Of a DNA stretch of 64,000 nucleotides, positions 57,154-64,000 are shown piece after piece. The DNA is taken from NCBI GenBank assembly GCA_034423235.1, contig DAOUIX010000058.1:10484-74483 (forward strand). Reading direction: 5' to 3'. Below the pieces are notes generated by a model. The model had not been told where the DNA came from, ran no database searches, and was given only the letters and a program-made list of their open reading frames with translations. Position 1 is the stretch's first letter. Each line of letters opens with the position of its first letter. This DNA is from Chloroflexota bacterium. Its GTDB lineage: Bacteria > Chloroflexota > UBA11872. The position numbers and the translations under genes are program-made.

Positions 57154-58869
57154 TCATGCGTCGTGTTTCCACGTCTGGGCTGCGGCCATCAGGTCGCGAG
57201 CCAGGCGCCGACCGGCGGTGGTGGATGCTCCGCTCATCGCGGCGATCTCCTCCACTACGCGATCCCCATCCACCCGTGAAACATCGGTTCGTGTCTCTCC
57301 CAGCGCGTCCGACTTCGCCACCACAAAGTGCGTATCGCCGAATGCCGCGACCGGGGCCAGGTGGGTAATGCAGAGCACCTGGCGCCACGCCGCGAGCGCC
57401 GCCAGCTTCTGTCCCACGATGTCGCCTGCCCTCGGTCCTACGCCGACGTCGATCTCGTCAAAGACCAGCGTAGGCGTTGGGTCGACCTTCGCCAGCACGA
57501 CTTTCAGGCCCAGCAGGATCCGCGAACGCTCGCCCTCGGACGCCACGTCGGCCAACGGCCGCGGCGGCTGTCCAACATTCACGCTCAGCAGAAACTCGAC
57601 CTGATCGATGCCGGACTCATCGAACCGGACCGACTCAGCTTCCCCCGCGACTGGCAGGCCACCCGGATCAGCCTGGCAGCGAAGCCTGACTTCGAACGTG
57701 GCGGAGGGCATATTCAGATCGTCCAACTGATCGGCGACGGCGTCCGCCAGGTCCCCGGCCGCGCGCCGGCGCTTTGCCGAGAGCATCTCGACGGAGGGAA
57801 TCAGGCGCTCGCGCAGGCCGGCGGCGTGCTCGCGCAGCGCCTCGATACGGGAATCCCCGCGATCCAGCTCATCCAGCCGTGTCTGTGCCTCCTCGCCATA
57901 CGCGATCACCTGCGCGGGCGTCTCGCCGTACTTTCGAATCAGCGCTTCGATCTGGTTAAGACGATCGTCGATCTGCTGCAGTCTCGCCGGATCCGCCTCC
58001 ACCTGTTCGGCGTACGACTGCAACGCAAGCGCCAGGTCGGCTGCCAACTCCTGCAATTGAGCGGCCTGCTGAGCCACGGGACGCATGCTGGGATCCAGCG
58101 CGGCCATCTCCTCCGCCGCGTGCAGGGTCGAGCCGATGATGTCCGGCGCTGGATCCAGCGTGTCACCGTGCAGACGGGCCGCTGCCTGCCCGGCCAGGTC
58201 GCGCAACCGCTCCGCATTGGCCAGCACTACTCGATCCGCTCGCAGCCGCTCGTCCTCCCCGGCCGACAGTTCCGCGGCGGATATTTCATTAACCTGAAAT
58301 GTCAGCAGGTCGATCTCGCGCGCCGTTTCCCTCGCATTCCGCTGAAGTTCGTTCGCTTCGCGATCCGTAGCTCGAAGTTCGCGCGCAAGCGCAGCCACCG
58401 TCTCGCGCTCTGGCATGAGTCCGGCAAATCGGTCCAGGTACTCAAGCTGTTGTGACGGCCGAAATAGCGACTGGTGCTCGCTCGGACCGTGCACGTCAAC
58501 CAGCGTGCGCCCCAGTTCCGCAAGAGCCCGCACGGGCACCCCCCGCCCATTGATTCGGGCGGTCGAACGGCCGGCGCCGCGAACTTCCCGCGACAGGATC
58601 AAAGACTCGTCCGTCTCCACGCCGTACGAATCCATCACCCTGGCGGCCTCATCCGACGTCGTGTCGAACACGGCCTCCACAAAGGCTCGCGACGTGCCGG
58701 CCCTGACGTCGGCGGGATGTGCCCGGCGCCCCAGCACCAGCGCCAGCGCGTCGATCAGGATCGACTTGCCGGCGCCCGTTTCCCCCGTCAGCACATTCAT
58801 CCCGGGCTCCAGCGAAACGTCCACGGCATCGATCAGCGCAAAGTCGCGGACGCTGACGTGCCTGAGCAC
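57154..58869 (-). CDS. recN: DNA repair protein RecN
   Basis: 571 aa. MLRHVSVRDFALIDAVDVSLEPGMNVLTGETGAGKSILIDAL is the SMC-like Walker A head. Confidence 0.95.
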   Translation of the reverse strand: MLRHVSVRDFALIDAVDVSLEPGMNVLTGETGAGKSILIDALALVLGRRAHPADVRAGTSRAFVEAVFDTTSDEAARVMDSYGVETDESLILSREVRGAGRSTARINGRGVPVRALAELGRTLVDVHGPSEHQSLFRPSQQLEYLDRFAGLMPERETVAALARELRATDREANELQRNARETAREIDLLTFQVNEISAAELSAGEDERLRADRVVLANAERLRDLAGQAAARLHGDTLDPAPDIIGSTLHAAEEMAALDPSMRPVAQQAAQLQELAADLALALQSYAEQVEADPARLQQIDDRLNQIEALIRKYGETPAQVIAYGEEAQTRLDELDRGDSRIEALREHAAGLRERLIPSVEMLSAKRRRAAGDLADAVADQLDDLNMPSATFEVRLRCQADPGGLPVAGEAESVRFDESGIDQVEFLLSVNVGQPPRPLADVASEGERSRILLGLKVVLAKVDPTPTLVFDEIDVGVGPRAGDIVGQKLAALAAWRQVLCITHLAPVAAFGDTHFVVAKSDALGETRTDVSRVDGDRVVEEIAAMSGASTTAGRRLARDLMAAAQTWKHDA

Positions 58870-58875
58870 GCGCGC

Positions 58876-59742
58876 CTAACCCGACCCGTGAATCGGGCGC
58901 GGCATCTCCCGCGGCACGCGCCAGCGCATCTTCTCGGCCAGCGTGGCGTAGAAGTAGTCGCTCTCGCGAAACCTCGCGAAGCGCGCCAGGTGTTCGGACG
59001 CCTTGCAGACCACACGGTCGCCCGATGTCAGCAACTGATCCGTTTGCCCGTCGATCGAAAGCGTCGCTTCGTGCGTGGTGGACGTGGTCAGCTCAACCCG
59101 CTCGTCATGACCGACCACGATTGAGTTCGCGGGCGTGAGAAACGGAACCAGCGGCGTCATCACCAGGTCGCGAACTTCCGGATGCAACACCGGTCCGCCG
59201 GCTGCCTGCACGTATCCCGTCGTTCCCGTCGGAGTAGCCACGATCACGCCGTCGGCGGTGTACGTCGTCAGCACGACGCCGTTGATGCGCACTTCTACCT
59301 CAACGACACGCGCCATCCGCCCGCGGCCCACCACCACGTCACCTGCGGCCAGTCCTGAGGCCACCACGCCGCGTGCGTTGTGGTGCGTCCAGTCGATGAG
59401 TACGCGCTCTTCGATCCAGTAACCACCGTCAAGGACTTCGTCCAGGCGTGAGTCAAACTCATCCGGCGTGAATTCGGTCAGAAATCCAAGTCGTCCGTAG
59501 TTGACGCCGATGCAGGTCGCCATGTGAGGCGCCGCCGCGCGCGCGGCCCGCAGCAGGGTGCCGTCGCCCCCAAAGGTGACGACCAGATTGGCGCCCGCCA
59601 GATCTTCTGGCTGCTCGGTGATTTCCCACGACGACACGCACCAGGCATCCAGACCGCGAGTTGTGAGTCGTTGCTGGGTGCGTTGCGCGTGCGCCACGGA
59701 TGCGGCAATGCGCGGCTGAAACAGCAGGGCAACCCGCATCAA
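58876..59742 (-). CDS. nadK: NAD(+) kinase
   Basis: 288 aa. LVVTFGGDGTLLRAAR (GGDGT motif) and NYGRLGFL. Confidence 0.9.
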   Translation of the reverse strand: MMRVALLFQPRIAASVAHAQRTQQRLTTRGLDAWCVSSWEITEQPEDLAGANLVVTFGGDGTLLRAARAAAPHMATCIGVNYGRLGFLTEFTPDEFDSRLDEVLDGGYWIEERVLIDWTHHNARGVVASGLAAGDVVVGRGRMARVVEVEVRINGVVLTTYTADGVIVATPTGTTGYVQAAGGPVLHPEVRDLVMTPLVPFLTPANSIVVGHDERVELTTSTTHEATLSIDGQTDQLLTSGDRVVCKASEHLARFARFRESDYFYATLAEKMRWRVPREMPRPIHGSG

Positions 59743-59789
59743 CCACTCACGTCATCGCCGTCGCATCCATCATAGTCGCTGCCTGTGCC

Positions 59790-60548
59790 TTACAGACTCG
59801 GCCACGGTGGCCGCAGGAGCGCGAACGTCTCCTGATTGCCATCGCCGCCGGACAGCGCACTGGCCGCGGTTGCGGTTACGCACAGACCATTCCCACTGGA
59901 CCAGACCAGAAAGTCAAAGAGCGCGGCATTGCGGATTGCCGGGTCCTTGACCACGCCGTCCCTCGGTACGCAACGACCCGGCAGCTCGAACTGCGGCTTC
60001 AGCAGAACCAGCGCCCACCGAGCGCTCGGCGTCGCCCGCAGCACAGACGGCAGCACATCCCGAAGGCGGATGAACGAGACGTCGATAACGACGACATCGG
60101 GCGACGGATCGAGCGGCGGCAAGTCACGAGCATCCATGCGCTCCAGTACGCGGACTCTGGCATCGGTTCGCAGACTCTCAGCCAGCTGCCCGCGACCTAC
60201 ATCAACAGCCGTAACCTGCGCCGCGCCTGCCCGCAGCAGGCAGTCCGTGAACCCGCCCGTCGAGGCGCCCACGTCTACGGCGACCAACCCTTCGACGCTT
60301 AGCCCAAAGTGCTTCAGCGCCGCGGCAAGCTTCCGTCCGCCCCGGCTGACGTATTGGACCGGCCGGCCGCGAATCTCCAGTGGCGCATCGTCGGCAACGC
60401 GCCGCGCCGGGCGCGTCTCAACGTGTCCGTCCACGTACACCGCGCCGTCCTTCACCAGCTGACGCGCCGCGCTGCGGCTGCGAGCCAGGCCGCGGGCCAC
60501 CAGGACGTGGTCGAGCCGCAGCCGGCGACCGCCTGGCGTGTCGCCCAC
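59790..60548 (-). CDS. tlyA: TlyA-family rRNA 2'-O-methyltransferase (hemolysin A-like)
   Basis: GTG start at c(60546-60548), 1 nt after the hisB stop. ...RLDHVLVARGLARSRSAARQLVKDGAV (S4 domain) and VDVGASTGGFTDCLL (FtsJ-like). The ORF-track N-extension is antisense to hisB and is rejected. Confidence 0.8.
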   Translation of the reverse strand: MGDTPGGRRLRLDHVLVARGLARSRSAARQLVKDGAVYVDGHVETRPARRVADDAPLEIRGRPVQYVSRGGRKLAAALKHFGLSVEGLVAVDVGASTGGFTDCLLRAGAAQVTAVDVGRGQLAESLRTDARVRVLERMDARDLPPLDPSPDVVVIDVSFIRLRDVLPSVLRATPSARWALVLLKPQFELPGRCVPRDGVVKDPAIRNAALFDFLVWSSGNGLCVTATAASALSGGDGNQETFALLRPPWPSL

Positions 60549-60549
60549 G

Positions 60550-61149
60550 TCAGTCGGTAAGCGTGCCCTTGGTGCTGGGCACCGCGCCGGCGCGCCGCGG
60601 ATCCAGGCTCGTCGCCTGGTCCAGGGCTCGCGCCAGGGCCTTGAATATGGCTTCGGCCTTGTGGTGGTCGTCGTCGCCGGCCAGCACGCGCACGTGAATG
60701 GCCGCGCCCATGTGCCGCGCCAGCGACCCGACAATGTGCGGCAGCAGGCTGGTCTCCAGGTCCCCAATGCGATCCTGCTTGAACTCGCCGTCGAAAGCGG
60801 CGTAATCGCGTCCGGCCAGGTCGACCGCCACGTGCGCCAGCGCCTCGTCCATCGGCACCGTGGCATCGCCCATGCGCTGAATGCCCTGCCGGTCGCCCAG
60901 CGCGTCGCTGAACGCACGGCCAAGCACGATCGCCACGTCCTCGGCGGTGTGGTGCGCGTCGATATGCAGGTCGCCCACCGCGTTCACCTCGATGTCGAAC
61001 AGGCCGTGGCGAGCCAGCTGCGCCAGCATGTGATCCAGGAATCCAACACCGGTCGCGCCGCCAAAGTCGCCGTTGCCGTCAATAGCGACCGTGGCGTCCA
61101 CCTTCGTCTCGGATGTGGTACGCGCAACGCTGGCGCGCCGTTCAGCCAT
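60550..61149 (-). CDS. hisB: imidazoleglycerol-phosphate dehydratase
   Basis: 199 aa. RTTSETKVDATVAIDGNGDF...LDHMLAQLARHG...HHTAEDVAI. Confidence 0.93.
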   Translation of the reverse strand: MAERRASVARTTSETKVDATVAIDGNGDFGGATGVGFLDHMLAQLARHGLFDIEVNAVGDLHIDAHHTAEDVAIVLGRAFSDALGDRQGIQRMGDATVPMDEALAHVAVDLAGRDYAAFDGEFKQDRIGDLETSLLPHIVGSLARHMGAAIHVRVLAGDDDHHKAEAIFKALARALDQATSLDPRRAGAVPSTKGTLTD

Positions 61150-61185
61150 GGGATTCTCGCCTGGGCAGGTACGTCGGCATTGTAG

Positions 61186-62535
61186 TCAGGCTCCAGCCCG
61201 GCGTTCCGCGGCCCGCGCGTGGCCTTCCAACCCCTCGGCCCGAGCCAGCCGCGCCGCCGCGGGCGCCAACGCCGCTGCCCGATCTGCCGACAAACGCACG
61301 ACCGACACCGTCTTCAGGAACGAACGCACGCCAACCGGCGAGGCAAAGCGGGCCGTTCCGCCCGTGGGCATGATGTGGCTCGGCCCCGCCACGTAGTCGC
61401 CCAGCACCTCGGGCGAGGCGCTGCCCAGGAATACCCCGCCGGCGTGCCGCACCAGCGGCAGCAGCGCCTCCGGATCCTCCACCAGCAGGCACAGGTGCTC
61501 CGGCCCGTACGCGTTGGATAGTTCAACTGCCTGGGCCAGATCGTCCACGACCCCAACCCCGCCGCGCCGCTCGAAGCTGTCCCAGGCCACTGCCGCCCGG
61601 GGCAGCGTGGCGAGTTGTATTTCCACCTCGTGCGCCACCTCGGCCGCAACGCGTGGGTTAGTCGTCAGAGCAATTGGACTGGCCGGCCCTCCGTGCTCCG
61701 CCTGCGCAATCAGGTCGGCGGCCACCTCGGCGGCGTCCGCCGCAGCATCGGCAATCACCAGCGTCTCGGTCGGACCCGGCAACAGGTCAACGCCCACCAC
61801 CCCATACAGCGCCCGCGTCGCCAACATCACCCACGCATTGCCTGGAGCCACGATCACATCGCAACGCGGCACGCTCGCCGTACCCAGCGCCAGGGCCGCG
61901 ACTGCTTGGGCGCCGCCTAGTCCGAAAACCCGGTCCACGCCGGCCGCCTCCGCCGCCGCCGCCAGCGCCGGGGCAATGCCCTCCGCCCGCACCGGCGTCG
62001 TGACCACGGTCTCGCCCACCCCCGCCACGCGGGCGGGCACGGCGGCCATCAGCAGGCTTGAAACCAGCGGTGCCGCCTGTCCCGGCACGTGCAGACCCGC
62101 GCGGTCCACCGGAATCCACTGCTGGCCGACCCCCAACCCTGGAAGGTCGAACCCGGCTGGCAGCTCGCGCTCGTGGTAGTCGCGAATCCGCTCCGCCGCC
62201 AGCTCGATGTCCGCACGCAGCTCCGGATCGATCCGGCGGCTCGCGTCGGCAAGCTCCGCTGGCCCGATCTCGAAGGTCGTCCCGACGTGGTCGCCCAGCG
62301 CCGCGGCAATCCGCCGCACGGCGTCATCGCCCTCGTCCCGAACCTCGCGAATGACGCGCTCCACGAACGCCGTCGGCGTGAGCGTCTCGCCGAACACGCT
62401 CGACGCCGCCGCCACCGCCGACTCGTCGATTGTCACCAGTTCGGGCGACCGCGCCAGCAGCGTCCGCCGCACCTGCTCGGCCCCATGCACGATCCGCACG
62501 CCGGGCCCGCTCGATTGGACCGCTGAGCCGGACAT
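61186..62535 (-). CDS. hisD: histidinol dehydrogenase
   Basis: 449 aa. ...GPGNAWV..., ADLIAQAEHG and AGPSHIMPTGG motifs. Confidence 0.93.
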   Translation of the reverse strand: MSGSAVQSSGPGVRIVHGAEQVRRTLLARSPELVTIDESAVAAASSVFGETLTPTAFVERVIREVRDEGDDAVRRIAAALGDHVGTTFEIGPAELADASRRIDPELRADIELAAERIRDYHERELPAGFDLPGLGVGQQWIPVDRAGLHVPGQAAPLVSSLLMAAVPARVAGVGETVVTTPVRAEGIAPALAAAAEAAGVDRVFGLGGAQAVAALALGTASVPRCDVIVAPGNAWVMLATRALYGVVGVDLLPGPTETLVIADAAADAAEVAADLIAQAEHGGPASPIALTTNPRVAAEVAHEVEIQLATLPRAAVAWDSFERRGGVGVVDDLAQAVELSNAYGPEHLCLLVEDPEALLPLVRHAGGVFLGSASPEVLGDYVAGPSHIMPTGGTARFASPVGVRSFLKTVSVVRLSADRAAALAPAAARLARAEGLEGHARAAERRAGA

Positions 62536-62544
62536 CGACAGGGT

Positions 62545-63012
62545 CTACGCCTGCCGACGCGGCGTGCGTCGGTCGCGGCTGTCGATGATGATCGTCACCG
62601 GCCCGTCGTTCACCAGCGCCACCTCCATCTCGGCCTGGAACACGCCGCTGCGAACCGGTACGCCGCGAGCCGTCAGTGCATCGCCCAGGTCATCGATCAG
62701 CTTGGCGGCCCGCTCCGGCGCCTCCGCGCCGATAAAGCTCGGACGCCGCCCTTTCCGTGTGTCGGCGATCAATGTGAACTGCGACACCAGCAATACCTCG
62801 CCGCCGGTGTCCAGCACCGACCGGTTCATCCGCCCCGCATCGTCGGCCAGCACGCGCAGGTTCGCGACTTTATCGGCCAGATAGGTCACGTCCGCGTCCT
62901 CGTCGCCGCGAGCTACCCCCGCCAACACCACGAGTCCGGGACCGATCGAGGCGTGTTCGCGACCGCCAATCTCAACCGAAGCTTTCGTGACGCGCTGGAC
63001 GACCGCTCGCAT
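62545..63012 (-). CDS. dtd: D-aminoacyl-tRNA deacylase
   Basis: 155 aa. MRAVVQRVTKASVEIGG...GLVVLAGV...LLVSQFTL...SGVFQAEMEVALVNDGPVTIIID. Confidence 0.9.
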   Translation of the reverse strand: MRAVVQRVTKASVEIGGREHASIGPGLVVLAGVARGDEDADVTYLADKVANLRVLADDAGRMNRSVLDTGGEVLLVSQFTLIADTRKGRRPSFIGAEAPERAAKLIDDLGDALTARGVPVRSGVFQAEMEVALVNDGPVTIIIDSRDRRTPRRQA

Positions 63013-63045
63013 ATCCGAACCTCCAGATTGCGACCGGAGGACCGG

Positions 63046-63399
63046 CTACTTGGAACTGTCGCCGGAGCCTGAGGCCTTGTCAGACCCGCCCGCCGACGCC
63101 CCGGCCTTGGCCCCGCCGTCGGTCGCGCTCCCGTTGCTCTTGGCCCCGTCGGTCTTCACCGGCTTGGAGTCCGACTTCTCCGGCGGCTTCCCGTCGTCCT
63201 TGAACTTCTTCCGCTCAGACGCCGATCGGCTATCCGTCGCGTACCAGCCGCTGCCCTTGAAAATGATGCCGGCTGGGTGAAACACCTTCTTCAGCTTGCC
63301 GCCGCACGCCGCGCAACTCGTCAGCGGAGCGTCGCTGAAGCTCTGAAAAACCTCAACCCGATTGCCACAGTCCGAACACTCGTATTCGTAAGTCGGCAC
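63046..63399 (-). CDS. FmdB-family zinc-ribbon protein with Ser/Gly/Lys/Asp-rich low-complexity tail
   Basis: GTG start gives (M)PTYEYECSDCGNRVEVFQSFSDAPLTSCAACGGKLKKVF (CxxC...CxxC). The ORF-track N-extension is rejected. Confidence 0.7.
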   Translation of the reverse strand: MPTYEYECSDCGNRVEVFQSFSDAPLTSCAACGGKLKKVFHPAGIIFKGSGWYATDSRSASERKKFKDDGKPPEKSDSKPVKTDGAKSNGSATDGGAKAGASAGGSDKASGSGDSSK

Positions 63400-63690
63400 G
63401 AGTCGACTTCTCCCGGCGATAAGGGATCGGCGCAACTGAATCGCTGGGCGCCAGACTTGAGTATACGGAGACGTACGCCGCCCTAGTGGCTCACCCTGCG
63501 TTCCAACAACCCGTCCGCCGCGTAGCCAAATCAATCACCGTAGTCCTCGCCTGCCCCGACCACGCGTCCGATGCCATCCATGGCCCTCCGGCCTTCAGTC
63601 AATCGGTCGTGATGCCCAACTTTGTCAGGACGCTCTTGGCACCGTAGGTTCTTGTGTACCTAGGGCACGAGCGCGCTGAGAGGGGTGGCC

Positions 63691-63981
63691 ATGGATCTCG
63701 GCAGCCCGGCGGAACACGAGAAGTACGTTGACCAGGCGGCGATGGACGCCATTCGGCGCGAGATGGCCGCGTACGACGAAATGCGGGCGCAGCTCGAGAC
63801 AGAGCATCTGGGCAAGTGGGTGATCGTGCGCAACCGCGAGCTGGTGGACATCTACGAGACCTTTGAGGCCGCAGCCGAGGCCGCGATCGCCAGGTTTGGC
63901 CGCGGGCCCTATCACATTCGAGAGGTGGGGGATGAGCGCGTTCGCCAGTTGCCGCCCGCGCTGGCGTTCGGGTTGCTCTAG
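63691..63981 (+). CDS. hypothetical small protein (96 aa)
   Basis: GAGAGGGG SD-like 8 nt upstream of the ATG. MDLGSPAEHEKYVDQAAMDAIRREMAAYDEMRAQLE...GKWVIVRNRELVDIYETFEAAAEAAIARFGRGPYHIREVG. No family confidently recognised. Confidence 0.45.
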   Translation: MDLGSPAEHEKYVDQAAMDAIRREMAAYDEMRAQLETEHLGKWVIVRNRELVDIYETFEAAAEAAIARFGRGPYHIREVGDERVRQLPPALAFGLL

Positions 63982-64000
63982 TGGCGTCTGTTGAGTGCGG

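Overview
High-GC (~68-70%) bacterial chromosomal window. GTG/TTG starts are common and genes are often coupled by 4-nt ATGA/GTGA stop-start overlaps. Codon bias and gene content look Actinobacteria- or Chloroflexi/Thermomicrobia-like; the taxon cannot be fixed from sequence alone. There are three blocks. (1) 1-29.5 kb: a ~27 kb minus-strand glycan/exopolysaccharide super-operon of 22 tightly packed genes. In genome order it holds wzt, a GT2, a GT4, a GT-C-like membrane transferase, a Trm112-like zinc ribbon translationally coupled to a radical SAM/SPASM enzyme, three GT4s, a hexapeptide acetyltransferase, a heparinase II/III-like protein, a GT4, a YfhO-like membrane protein, a GT4, a Wzx-like flippase, a GT4, a CgeB-like transferase, a class I SAM methyltransferase, three GT4s and a UDP-glucuronate 4-epimerase-like gene. 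Its cognate wzm lies upstream, separated from wzt by an oppositely oriented GyrI-like effector-domain gene. (2) 29.5-42.7 kb, plus strand: an MBL-like gene, pyrG, purA, a cysteine-free Bcp/peroxiredoxin-like gene, a PyrR-binding leader attenuator, then pyrR-pyrB-(MBL-fold ORF)-pyrC-carA-carB-pyrK. The operon ends abruptly after pyrK with no pyrD/pyrF/pyrE. (3) 42.7-64 kb: a ~550 bp AT-richer non-coding island with a tRNA-like T-arm fragment and an orphan small ORF with a strong SD, followed by a GMC oxidoreductase with small subunit, a LiaF-like protein, an aldo/keto reductase, cca, a MoxR-DUF58-VWA-VWA (Bat-like) operon with an upstream coiled-coil membrane protein, recN-nadK-tlyA, hisB-hisD, dtd and an FmdB zinc-ribbon gene. 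No CRISPR array, rRNA, intact tRNA, transposase or integrase was recognised. The most novel-looking element is the radical SAM/SPASM plus Trm112-like pair embedded in the glycan operon, together with two extracytoplasmic membrane transferases (YfhO-like and GT-C-like) and dual Wzx/ABC export routes.
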